Positions 9,463 through 19,308 of a DNA stretch of 32,000 nt are shown piece by piece; the stretch's first letter is position 1, and each line of letters begins with the position of its first letter. Position numbers and translations under genes: made by a program. The stretch is from Escherichia coli (GTDB taxonomy: Bacteria; Pseudomonadota; Gammaproteobacteria; Enterobacterales; Enterobacteriaceae): NCBI RefSeq assembly GCF_030169335.1, contig NZ_CP104613.1, one strand, 5' to 3'. The notes under the pieces are model-generated. The model was not told the origin of the DNA. It saw only the letters and a list, made by a program, of their open reading frames with translations, and searched no databases.

Positions 9463-11229
9463 ATGAATAATTCTATTAACCATAAATTTCATCACATTAG
9501 CCGGGCTGAATACCAGGAATTGTTAGCCGTTTCCCGTGGCGACGCTGTTGCCGATTATATTATTGATAATGTCTCTATTCTCGACCTGATCAATGGCGGA
9601 GAAATTTCCGGCCCAATTGTGATTAAAGGACGTTACATTGCCGGTGTTGGCGCAGAATACGCTGATGCTCCGGCTTTGCAGCGGATTGATGCTCGCGGCG
9701 CAACGGCGGTGCCAGGGTTTATTGATGCTCACCTGCATATTGAATCCAGCATGATGACGCCGGTCACTTTTGAAACCGCTACCCTGCCGCGCGGCCTGAC
9801 GACCGTTATTTGCGACCCTCATGAAATCGTCAACGTGATGGGAGAAGCCGGATTCGCCTGGTTTGCCCGCTGTGCCGAACAGGCAAGGCAAAACCAGTAC
9901 TTACAGGTCAGCTCTTGCGTACCCGCCCTGGAAGGCTGCGATGTTAACGGTGCCAGTTTTACCCTTGAACAGATGCTCGCCTGGCGGGACCATCCGCAGG
10001 TTACCGGCCTTGCAGAAATGATGGACTACCCTGGCGTAATTAGCGGGCAGAATGCGCTGCTCGATAAACTGGATGCATTTCGCCACCTGACGCTGGACGG
10101 TCACTGCCCGGGTTTGGGTGGTAAAGAACTTAACGCCTATATTACTGCGGGTATTGAAAACTGCCACGAAAGTTATCAGCTGGAAGAAGGACGCCGGAAA
10201 TTACAACTCGGCATGTCGTTGATGATCCGCGAAGGGTCCGCTGCCCGCAATCTCAACGCGCTGGCACCGTTGATCAACGAATTTAACAGCCCGCAATGCA
10301 TGCTCTGTACCGATGACCGTAACCCGTGGGAGATCGCCCATGAAGGACACATCGATGCCTTAATTCGCCGCCTGATCGAACAACACAATGTGCCGCTGCA
10401 TGTGGCATATCGCGTCGCCAGCTGGTCGACGGCGCGCCACTTTGGTCTGAATCACCTCGGCTTACTGGCACCCGGCAAGCAGGCCGATATCGTCCTGTTG
10501 AGCGATGCGCGTAAGGTCACGGTGCAGCAGGTACTGGTGAAAGGCGAGCCGATTGATGCGCAAACCTTACAGGCGGAAGAGTCGGCGAGACTGGCACAAT
10601 CCGCTCCGCCATATGGCAACACCATTGCCCGCCAGCCAGTTTCCGCCAGCGACTTTGCCCTGCAATTTACGCCCGGAAAACGCTATCGGGTCATTGACGT
10701 CATCCATAACGAATTGATTACGCACTCCCACTCCAGCGTCTACAGCGAAAATGGTTTTGATCGCGATGATGTGAGCTTTATTGCCGTACTTGAGCGTTAC
10801 GGGCAACGGCTGGCTCCGGCTTGTGGTTTGCTTGGCGGCTTTGGACTGAATGAAGGTGCGCTGGCTGCGACGGTCAGCCATGACAGCCATAATATTGTGG
10901 TGATCGGTCGCAGTGCCGAAGAGATGGCGCTGGCGGTCAATCAGGTGATTCAGGATGGCGGCGGGCTGTGCGTGGTACGTAACGGCCAGGTCCAAAGTCA
11001 TCTGCCGTTGCCCATTGCCGGCCTGATGAGCACCGACACGGCGCAGTCGCTGGCGGAACAAATTGACGCCTTGAAAGCCGCCGCCCGTGAATGCGGTCCG
11101 TTACCCGATGAGCCGTTTATTCAGATGGCGTTTCTTTCTCTGCCAGTGATCCCCGCGCTAAAACTAACCAGTCAGGGGCTATTTGATGGCGAGAAGTTTG
11201 CCTTCACTACGCTGGAAGTCACGGAATAA
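9463..11229 (+). CDS. adeD: Adenine deaminase
   Basis: 588 aa, amidohydrolase motif [17 protein letters not shown]; recognised. Confidence 0.96.
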   Translation: MNNSINHKFHHISRAEYQELLAVSRGDAVADYIIDNVSILDLINGGEISGPIVIKGRYIAGVGAEYADAPALQRIDARGATAVPGFIDAHLHIESSMMTPVTFETATLPRGLTTVICDPHEIVNVMGEAGFAWFARCAEQARQNQYLQVSSCVPALEGCDVNGASFTLEQMLAWRDHPQVTGLAEMMDYPGVISGQNALLDKLDAFRHLTLDGHCPGLGGKELNAYITAGIENCHESYQLEEGRRKLQLGMSLMIREGSAARNLNALAPLINEFNSPQCMLCTDDRNPWEIAHEGHIDALIRRLIEQHNVPLHVAYRVASWSTARHFGLNHLGLLAPGKQADIVLLSDARKVTVQQVLVKGEPIDAQTLQAEESARLAQSAPPYGNTIARQPVSASDFALQFTPGKRYRVIDVIHNELITHSHSSVYSENGFDRDDVSFIAVLERYGQRLAPACGLLGGFGLNEGALAATVSHDSHNIVVIGRSAEEMALAVNQVIQDGGGLCVVRNGQVQSHLPLPIAGLMSTDTAQSLAEQIDALKAAARECGPLPDEPFIQMAFLSLPVIPALKLTSQGLFDGEKFAFTTLEVTE

Positions 11230-11230
11230 T

Positions 11231-11255
11231 AAAAAAGCCCGGCGTCATGCCGGGC
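11231..11255 (-). terminator. Terminator of uhpT
   Basis: GCCCGGCATGACGCCGGGCTTTTTT on the minus strand, just downstream of the uhpT stop codon. Confidence 0.8.
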
Positions 11256-11273
11256 AAAAGTCACCAGTTACGT

Positions 11274-12665
11274 TTATGCCACTGTCAACTGCTGAATTTT
11301 TTTCTCGCGGCGGATTTTGCGTTCTTCCATCACCGCCACTATCGCCATCAGGCAGATACAACCAATCGCGGCGATATCAAGTGCGGCGAAGGTGCCTGCC
11401 CAGCCGGTAAGGCCGAATACCGGCGTCCCATCGGCAATCATTCCCAGACCTAACTTGGCAAAGCTGTCACCAATCAGGTAAGCAAAGGTGCCTTTAATAC
11501 CATCGGCAGCGCCAATCGCTTTTTTAGGTACAAAGCCAACAGCAGCCACACCAATCAACAATTGCGGGCCAAAGACCAGGAAACCCAACGCAAAGAGAGA
11601 AGCCAGATAGATATATTCGTTGCTGGCATGTTGATACACACCGAGCGTGGCGATAATCAGCGCCAGCGCGATGCAGGCCACCAGGCCACGGCGACCGTTC
11701 GCCAGGTCAGAGAGCCAGCCCCACAGCAGCGTACCGACCAGCGCACCAGCTTCAAACAGCGTAAAGCCCTGAATCGCCACCGCTTTAGAGAGTTTCAGTT
11801 CCTGGAACGCGTATACGGTTGACCACTGGTCGATACCAATACGTACCACATAGAGGAAAATGTTGGCGAAGCACAGCAGCCAGATCACTTTGTTTTTCAG
11901 CACATACTCAACAAAGATCTGCCACTTGGTCATATCGGTAGATTCTGTCTCTTTGTCCTCTTCGCTGATCTCCTCGCCGAACAGTTCTTCAGCTTTGCCG
12001 AGGCCATAAGATTCCGGGGAGTCGCTGCCGTAACGCAGGCCGATAAAACCGACAATCAACGCGATAATCGACGGGAAGATAAACATGCCGATGACATGAC
12101 CATCGAACAGGTAATTTGCCCCGAACAGCGCCACACCTGCTGCGCCTGCACCACCAAGGTTGTGAGAAATGTTCCAGAAACCGAGGAATGTCCCGCGTTT
12201 ACGACGCGGCGTCCATTTGGTGATGGTGGAGTAACTGCACGAACCGCCGGTACTCTGGAAAAAGCCGCTTAAGGCGTAGAAGGCAATCATCAGGAACAGG
12301 CTAACCGAGCCGCTGCCCATACTGGCACTGAAGCCCAGCATACAAATGGCAGACAGGATAAGCATAAACGGCAGGAATTGTTTGGTGTTTTTGCCGTCGG
12401 CGTAGTAGGAAACCAGCGTTTTACCCACGCCATAAGTGATGGAGAAACCCAGGCCGATCATCCCCAGCTGCGTCATGCTCAACCCGTAGGTCGAGATCAT
12501 GTCGTTCTGCGCGATGTTAAAGTTCTTGCGAATCAGGTACATCGTCAGGTAGCCGATAAAGACCACCAGGTAGGATTGCATGAACGGTTTGAACCACATT
12601 TTGCGCCGCACTTCGAGCGGAAGGTCCAGGGTCGGCTTGCGAACCTGGTTTAAGAAAGCCAGCAT
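11274..12665 (-). CDS. uhpT: Hexose-6-phosphate:phosphate antiporter UhpT
   Basis: 463 aa; recognised. Confidence 0.98.
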
Positions 12666-12691
12666 GGGTTACTCCTGATTTCCCTTCATAC

Positions 12692-12789
12692 TTCAAGCCG
12701 CAGATGCCTTAGCTGCACGCATTCCTCCCGGTCACATAGTTCACTATGCTCCCGGGACTCACGCGTTTGCTGCGTTCCTGCAACTTGAA
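12692..12789. repeat. ~100-bp imperfect palindromic intergenic element
   Basis: TTCAAGCCGCAGATGC...TCCCGGTCACATAGTTCACTATGCTCCCGGGA...GCGTTCCTGCAACTTGAA; the arms are reverse-complementary over most of the length. Confidence 0.65.
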
Positions 12790-12920
12790 TTATTTTGGGA
12801 AAGAATTAATGAATGATGGCATTGTAAAAATCAGCAGCAAATCAGGCCTGAGATAGCGTCCAGGCAAAACCTGGAAAATTTCTTAGTTTTGCCGGATATG
12901 AAGTGAAAAGGTGAGATGCA

Positions 12921-14240
12921 TCACGCTTCGCGCGGTGCCTGGGCGTTCAAAAAGGGCAGTAACAGCAGTGCGGAAACCCCGGCGGCGATAGAGATAACCA
13001 CAAAAAATCCGCTCCAGTGCCAGGTATCGAGTACTTTCGCCAGCGGCCAACCAGCAAGCGACGCCCCCAGATAAGCAAACAAGCCGACAAACCCCGTCGC
13101 CGCCCCTGCCGCCTCTTTGTGGGAACACTCTGCCGCCGCCATGCCAATTAACATCTGCGGGCCAAAGACAAAAAAACCAATGGTGAAGAAGCAGGTTGCC
13201 TGCATCACGTAGCTGGCAAATGGCATCAGCCACAGCGAGCCGACTGAAAGCAAAATTCCGGCGGCGAAAATCAAATTCATCGGCCCACGGTTGCCGTTAA
13301 ACAATTTGTCCGAGCCCCAACCGGCTACCAGCGCACCGATAAATCCGCCCAGTTCAAACATCGTCACTGCCGTATTCGCCGTGACCAGATCGACGCCCAG
13401 CGTCTCGGACATATACAAATTGCCCCAGTCGTTGATCGCCGCCCGGACCACATAGACCAGCACATAGCAAAACGAAAGCAGCCAGATATACGGATTCAGC
13501 AACACATATTTGGTGAGGATCTCTTTACGCGTCAGCCCTGCCCCTTCTTGTTGTTGAGCTATCTCCAGCGCGTCGTGTCGCCATTCACCGACCGCTGGTA
13601 AACCTAACGCCTGCGGGCGATCGCGTAGCCGCCAGCAGAGAAAAATCCCCACGACTATCGCCATACAACCAGCAATCATCATCCCGGCACGCCAGCCGTA
13701 ATGCAGCGCGCTCGCTGCCATCACAATGGGAATGAGTGCGCCGCCGACGTTATGCGCCGTGTTCCATAATGCCCACCAACCGCCGCGCTCGGTACGTGAA
13801 TACCAGGCCGTTAACAGACGCGCACACACCGGTGAACCCCAGCCCTGGAAAAAGGCGTTCAGCACCCAGAGCACGGCAAACGCCCATAGCGACGTCGAGA
13901 AGCCAAACAGAATGTTGATGATGCCCGTGGCAATAAGCCCTATCCCCATAAAATAACGGGCATTTGAGCGATCGCTGACAATGCCGGAGACAAACTTCGA
14001 CACGCCGTAAGTAATGTAAAACAGGGTCGCTAACAGGCCGATATCGCTACGGCTGAGCACGCCGTTAGCAAGGATTTCTGGTACCGCGGCGTTAAAACTT
14101 TTCCGCGTGAAGTAAAACAGCGCGTAACCCAGCCAGATGGTCAGCAGAATATGCCGACGCCAGTAGCGATAACGGGCATCAATTTCATGTTTATCAGTCA
14201 TTAATGGCGCATCGGCAGGCGCTTTCAGAAACGGCAACAT
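12921..14240 (-). CDS. uhpC: Membrane sensor/regulator UhpC
   Basis: 439 aa from MLPFLKAPADAPL; recognised. Confidence 0.97.
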   Translation of the reverse strand: MLPFLKAPADAPLMTDKHEIDARYRYWRRHILLTIWLGYALFYFTRKSFNAAVPEILANGVLSRSDIGLLATLFYITYGVSKFVSGIVSDRSNARYFMGIGLIATGIINILFGFSTSLWAFAVLWVLNAFFQGWGSPVCARLLTAWYSRTERGGWWALWNTAHNVGGALIPIVMAASALHYGWRAGMMIAGCMAIVVGIFLCWRLRDRPQALGLPAVGEWRHDALEIAQQQEGAGLTRKEILTKYVLLNPYIWLLSFCYVLVYVVRAAINDWGNLYMSETLGVDLVTANTAVTMFELGGFIGALVAGWGSDKLFNGNRGPMNLIFAAGILLSVGSLWLMPFASYVMQATCFFTIGFFVFGPQMLIGMAAAECSHKEAAGAATGFVGLFAYLGASLAGWPLAKVLDTWHWSGFFVVISIAAGVSALLLLPFLNAQAPREA

Positions 14241-14249
14241 CATCGAACC

Positions 14250-15752
14250 TTAGACATAACGTTGAGGTAGAGAAACGCTGACACGCGTGCCGTGCAGACA
14301 GGAAATGTGTAATGTGCCGCCCAGCGCCGTTACGCGCTCGCGCATTCCGGTGAGGCCAAAACCTTGTTGCCCGGAACCCGGCGGCAAACCGCTGCCATCG
14401 TCTTCAATCACCAGCATCAACCGTTCATCCTGCTGCCAGCCTTGCAGCGTGACCGCGCTGGCATCAGCATGTTTCACAATGTTGTTCAGCCCTTCCTGGC
14501 AGACACGAAACAGCGTCACGCGCTGGTTTTCACTTAATGCTGATTCATCGATTCGCCATTCGAGATGGCTGACAATACCGCGCCCTTCCAGCTCCATTTC
14601 CCGCATCAGTGAGCGGATGGCCTGCTCCAGGGTGAGATCATCCAGCTGGCGCGGACGTAACCGCCCTAACAAACGGCGCACCGCATCGTAAACACCCAGC
14701 GACAGTTGTTCGATGAGCTGCCCGCTCTGCTTCACGCTGGCGTTATCTGCCGCCAGTCGCTGGACAATGCCCGCCTGAGTACGAATGGCAGTGATGGTCT
14801 GACCGATATCGTCGTGCAGCTCACGCGCCACGTCGCGGCGCACGCTCTCTTCAGTTTCTAACAAACGTTCAGCCAGATGCTGATTGCGCGCCAGTTCTTT
14901 TTGCAGCGACTGGTTAAGTTCACGCAACCGCTGGATACCTGCGCCCAGTAACAACCCTGTCAGACTTTGCACCAGCAGCGAGAGCAATAAATCCACCGGA
15001 TGATCGCGCCAGGTTTGACTGGCGATCAGCGCGATGGCGTTCATCAACGTCGCAATCAGCGCCCCTTGCCAGCCGTAGTGCCAGGCCAGCGCGATAATCG
15101 GCAGCGCCAGACAGAATGGCGTAAAGCGCGACAGTTCGGCCGGCAATCCCAACTGGAGCCAGAGACTGATAACAAACAGCAGCAAGTACCAGACCAGATG
15201 TCGCCCGCGCCAGTTGATCGGTTGAGAAACTAACGACGGGCCGAGCGGCAGCCAGGTGTTATTGGCGAGATAGTGCCAGAACACCAGACATATCGGGGCC
15301 AGCGTCAGGCCGCCAGTTAAAGTCAGCAGTAGCGCATTCCACGACTCTTTGCCGTGCCAAAGCCAGGGCAGCGACTGCAACAACGCCGCCGCCGTCAGGG
15401 CCGCCCCCTGTAACAGCAAGGTGCGCCAGTCACGTTGATGGCGATAGCGCGAGATCAGCGCCACGGGCAATAACGTCAGTAAACTACCGATCATCAATAA
15501 GGAAAAATGGGTTAAACCGACCGTCTGCGTTAGCCAGTAAATCAGCAGCCACTCCGCACCCAGCAGCACCGGCCAGTATCCGCGCGGGCATTGCAGCATT
15601 AGCCCCAGACGCAGACCAAACGGAAATAACAGCACCGCCATATCAGGGCGCTCAACCAGGTGCAGGCTGATACTCCACAAGCAAAACCATGCGGCAGAGA
15701 AGATAAAAAAGCAGGCAATAACGGTAATTAAGCGGGAGAACAACGTCTTCAT
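14250..15752 (-). CDS. uhpB: Sensor histidine kinase UhpB
   Basis: 500 aa; H-box [23 protein letters not shown]; recognised. Confidence 0.97.
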   Translation of the reverse strand: MKTLFSRLITVIACFFIFSAAWFCLWSISLHLVERPDMAVLLFPFGLRLGLMLQCPRGYWPVLLGAEWLLIYWLTQTVGLTHFSLLMIGSLLTLLPVALISRYRHQRDWRTLLLQGAALTAAALLQSLPWLWHGKESWNALLLTLTGGLTLAPICLVFWHYLANNTWLPLGPSLVSQPINWRGRHLVWYLLLFVISLWLQLGLPAELSRFTPFCLALPIIALAWHYGWQGALIATLMNAIALIASQTWRDHPVDLLLSLLVQSLTGLLLGAGIQRLRELNQSLQKELARNQHLAERLLETEESVRRDVARELHDDIGQTITAIRTQAGIVQRLAADNASVKQSGQLIEQLSLGVYDAVRRLLGRLRPRQLDDLTLEQAIRSLMREMELEGRGIVSHLEWRIDESALSENQRVTLFRVCQEGLNNIVKHADASAVTLQGWQQDERLMLVIEDDGSGLPPGSGQQGFGLTGMRERVTALGGTLHISCLHGTRVSVSLPQRYV

Positions 15753-16342
15753 CACCAGCCATCAAACATACGGCGAGCCAGTTCAACGTCGTTACTGACA
15801 CCCAGTTTTTCCATCAGGTTGGCGCGATGGACGTGTACCGTTTTCGGTGACAAGCCCAGTTCGGCGGCAATCTCTTTCACCGCCATTCCTTGCGCCAGTT
15901 TTTCCGCCACCTGGCGTTCACGTTTGGTTAACGGGTCCTGGCGACCGGATGCCAGTTTAATGGCAATATCCGGCGTCAGATAACAGCCGCCCGTGGCAAC
16001 CGTATGCACCGCAGCAATCAGTTCATCCGGGCTACAGCGTTTGGAGAGAAAGCCGCGCGCCCCCGCGTTAAGCGCCTGCTCAACCAGCGCTGGACTGTCG
16101 TGAACGGAGAGCATAATTGTCGCCATACCTTTCGGCAGCTGGCTTAGCAGCTCCAGACCGGAGATATCGGGCATGGAGATATCGCAAATACACACCTGCA
16201 CACCACGCCCCGGCAGCCCCGCCAGCGCCTCGCGCCCCGAACCAAACTCGGCAACTACCTGCAAATCAGGTTCCAGCCCCAGCAACTGCGCAAAGCCGGA
16301 GCGGACGATGAGGTGATCGTCTATAAGGGCAACGGTGATCAT
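15752..16342 (-). CDS. uhpA: Response regulator UhpA
   Basis: 196 aa from [16 protein letters not shown], with REC and LuxR-type HTH; overlaps the uhpB start by 1 nt. Confidence 0.97.
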
Positions 16343-16447
16343 AATTGGGTCCTGGCGGATAAAAAACGCGCATACCTTAACGATAAGCGCGATGTTGTTC
16401 AAGTTGGATATGGGGTATGTATTGGCCTAATGATGTTGCGCTTATCG

Positions 16448-16476
16448 TCAAAACGCTTACCTGAAGGTAAGCGTTT
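16448..16476 (-). terminator. Hairpin/terminator candidate downstream of the 482-aa gene
   Basis: AAACGCTTACC-TTCA-GGTAAGCGTTTT (minus strand): 11-bp perfect stem with a short T tract, 26 bp beyond the stop codon at 16503. Confidence 0.6.
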
Positions 16477-16502
16477 GGTGCGTGTTATTGAGAAAAAGCG
16501 AA

Positions 16503-17951
16503 TTATTTGTAGGTTGCAATCGTAATATTGCCTGAGAAATTTCGCCTTAGATTGCGGACATCATTATCCCTTGCCCAATAATCATCTTTGTGTCTATAAC
16601 TTTCATCGGAATGTACATAGGGAGAATCATCTTCAGCGTCGTTATGGATAATATTTTCGCCTTTAGTGGTATAGATATAATTAGCAACATCAAAGGTGTC
16701 ATTCGCGTTATTTACGATTGCTCCTAAGACGCAAAGGGTTTGTGTGAATCCGTATTCTGAGAAATCGACATGCTGATGGTAACTTCTACCATTCAAAGCC
16801 GCACAACTCGGACAATCATCTATTGTATCGCCAATAGCTATAGCGGCGCGACGCACATCAAGTGCAGCGTTATCATTAGCAACATGAAATGCTTGTGAAC
16901 AGGCATAAAACAAATTTCCAATCCCGGTACGACTGGATAAACAAGAAATAATTTTTGCTATTTTTTCTGGCTTTATACCATCCTGCACTAAAGAATCTCT
17001 CACCAGATGACATTCATCAGGTGTGAAAACAGCTTTCTTGAATATTTCCTCATAAACATCATAAGAAGGAGATTCAGAGAGAGTGAGAGATTTGGTGAAA
17101 TGTGTTGAATCTGTAATTTTTTTGCGAAGTAACTCACTTATAGTGCCGTTTATTTTTTCACCACAACATAAAACAAATGAACTTCCCTCCAGAACTTGTC
17201 TTTCTGCATCTGCAAGGAGTGAGCTAAATTCATTCTTATGAAGCTTAAGGTTTTTTATAGATGATTGATGTAAATACTTTTCTGGAATTAAATCTTTTTG
17301 TTCTCTTATAAGCTCTATCATTCGGCGTTCGGTTTGCCTATCAAAAGAGTAGTTCATGTTATAGTTATTTTTAGCAACGTCCATCTTAAGCGCGTTTGCA
17401 GCAACTGTTAATTCCGAGATTTGTTCTCTTTCCTGTTGATCATGTTGTGATAAGAGCTGCAAAAACTCTTGTGCGTGAGGCCCTGAGAATTCCCTGACTT
17501 CCTCATGCTTTATACTTTCAGTTGTACCATTTTTTTTCTTATAAGATTCACGATACAATTGGGTTTCGATAAATCTGTCACTACCGACCTGTTCAATTTT
17601 GACATAACTATTTAAACCCGTTACAGCAATCCATATCTTATTATTCGAATCCTGAGATTCAGGTGTAACATGAAAATAAGGAATGAATTTAGAATTAACC
17701 TCATAACGATAAAGATGCAATATTTCCAGCAGGTGAGTTAATATATTTACAAATGATTCTCTAAAGCTTACCTTCACGTGTTCTGTTGGTACTGTTAGGC
17801 AATCGTCAATCACACCACTTTTTTTCATTACGTCAATGTTAGAAAAATCCACATTAAGATCACGCTTAATACTCTTTTTTAAATTTTGCTGTTTTTGGTT
17901 AAACAGAACACTCTGTTTAACTGGATTGGTGGTTACGCTATAAGTTCCCAT
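16503..17951 (-). CDS. Uncharacterised 482-aa protein (paralogue A of the uhpA-ilvN island)
   Basis: ATG at 17951 (MGTYSVTTNPVKQSV...) preceded by a GAGG RBS at 5 nt; the ORF-track start at 17975 is a TTG. Shares sequence blocks with 19309..20604. Confidence 0.85.
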   Translation of the reverse strand: MGTYSVTTNPVKQSVLFNQKQQNLKKSIKRDLNVDFSNIDVMKKSGVIDDCLTVPTEHVKVSFRESFVNILTHLLEILHLYRYEVNSKFIPYFHVTPESQDSNNKIWIAVTGLNSYVKIEQVGSDRFIETQLYRESYKKKNGTTESIKHEEVREFSGPHAQEFLQLLSQHDQQEREQISELTVAANALKMDVAKNNYNMNYSFDRQTERRMIELIREQKDLIPEKYLHQSSIKNLKLHKNEFSSLLADAERQVLEGSSFVLCCGEKINGTISELLRKKITDSTHFTKSLTLSESPSYDVYEEIFKKAVFTPDECHLVRDSLVQDGIKPEKIAKIISCLSSRTGIGNLFYACSQAFHVANDNAALDVRRAAIAIGDTIDDCPSCAALNGRSYHQHVDFSEYGFTQTLCVLGAIVNNANDTFDVANYIYTTKGENIIHNDAEDDSPYVHSDESYRHKDDYWARDNDVRNLRRNFSGNITIATYK

Positions 17952-18142
17952 AATAACCTCATAGTTTTTTCTCAATATTCATATATACAACTTTGATATT
18001 ATTCAAAGCATCAATATTAGCGCCACAATTGGTCATAAAGCGACCTTCATGCGCCAGTTCGTTAAGAAAAATGCAATAATACTGGAGCTTATTTTCCGAA
18101 CGATTTTCCCAATGCAATTGCATCATTAACACTACTTATTCA

Positions 18143-18160
18143 CTATCAAAAATCGCTCAT
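18143..18160. repeat. 18-bp repeat copy upstream of paralogue A
   Basis: CTATCAAAAATCGCTCAT, identical to 20817..20834. Confidence 0.9.
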
Positions 18161-18183
18161 TTTTTTAAAAATGACTGTTTACA

Positions 18184-19240
18184 GGCTTTGTTGAATAAAT
18201 CGAACTTTTGCTGAGTTGAAGGATCAGATCACGTATCTTCCCGACAACGCAGACCGTTCCGTGGCAAAGCAAAAGTTCAAAATCACCAACTGGCCCACCT
18301 ACAATAAAGCCCTCATCAACCGTGGCTCCATAACTTTCTGGCTGGATGATGAAGCTATTCAGGCCTGGTATGAGTCAGCAACACCTTCTTCACGAGGCAG
18401 ACCTCAGCGCTATTCTGACCTTGCCATCACTACTGTGCTGGTCATTAAACGCGTATTCAGGCTGACCCTGCGGGCTGCGCAGGGCTTTATTGATTCCATT
18501 TTTTCTCTGATGAACGTTCCGCTACGCTGCCCGGATTACAGCTGTGTCAGCAGGCGGGCAAAGTCGGTTAATGTCAGTTTCAAAACGCCCACCCGGGGTG
18601 AAATCGCACACCTGGTAATTGATTCCACCGGGCTGAAGGTCTTCGGTGAAGGCGAGTGGAAAGTCAAAAAGCATGGCCAGGAACGCCGCCGTATCTGGCG
18701 TAAGCTGCATCTCGCCGTTGACAGTAAAACACATGAAATCATCTGCGCTGACCTGTCGCTGAACAACGTTACGGACTCAGAGGCCTTCCCCGGGTTAATC
18801 CGGCAAACCCACCGGAAAATCAGGTCAGCCGCCGCCGATGGCGCTTACGATACCCGGCTATGTCACGATGAACTGCGGCGTAAGAAAATCAGCGCGCTTA
18901 TCCCTCCCCGAAAAGGTGCGGGTTACTGGCCCGGTGAATATGCAGACCGTAACCGTGCAGTGGCTAATCAGCGAATGACCGGGAGTAATGCGCGGTGGAA
19001 ATGGACAACAGATTACAACCGTCGCTCGATAGCGGAAACGGCGATGTACCGGGTAAAACAGCTGTTCGGGGGTTCACTGACGCTGCGTGACTACGATGGT
19101 CAGGTTGCGGAGGCTATGGCCCTGGTACGAGCGCTGAACAAAATGACGAAAGCAGGTATGCCTGAAAGCGTGCGTATTGCCTGAAAACACAACCCGCTAC
19201 GGGGGAGACTTACCCGAAATCTGATTTATTCAACAAAGCC
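18184..19240 (+). mobile_element. IS903-type insertion sequence (IS5 family), intact
   Basis: 18-bp perfect terminal inverted repeats GGCTTTGTTGAATAAATC / GATTTATTCAACAAAGCC, 1057 bp total, flanked by the 9-bp duplication CTGTTTACA (18175..18183 and 19241..19249). Confidence 0.97.
18261..19184 (+). CDS. IS903-family transposase (307 aa from the GTG at 18261; ORF track extends to 18216)
   Basis: VAKQKFKITNWPTYNKALINRGSITFWLDDEAIQAW... DDE transposase, full length. Confidence 0.95.
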   Translation: MAKQKFKITNWPTYNKALINRGSITFWLDDEAIQAWYESATPSSRGRPQRYSDLAITTVLVIKRVFRLTLRAAQGFIDSIFSLMNVPLRCPDYSCVSRRAKSVNVSFKTPTRGEIAHLVIDSTGLKVFGEGEWKVKKHGQERRRIWRKLHLAVDSKTHEIICADLSLNNVTDSEAFPGLIRQTHRKIRSAAADGAYDTRLCHDELRRKKISALIPPRKGAGYWPGEYADRNRAVANQRMTGSNARWKWTTDYNRRSIAETAMYRVKQLFGGSLTLRDYDGQVAEAMALVRALNKMTKAGMPESVRIA

Positions 19241-19308
19241 CTGTTTACACACAGACGGTTAAGAATACGCGTTCAACTTAATGATAAACGCGATTTATCA
19301 GGAAAAAA

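Noticed and set aside
9523-11061. Several antisense ORFs (e.g. 9523..9891, 9901..10167, 10567..11061)
   Set aside because: They mirror the well-supported adeD coding sequence and have no recognisable family or RBS; typical shadow ORFs. The same applies to antisense ORFs over uhpTCBA, ilvB, emrD, yidJ and yidK.
18522-18766. Antisense ORFs inside the IS element (70 and 76 aa)
   Set aside because: Shadow ORFs of the IS903-type transposase.
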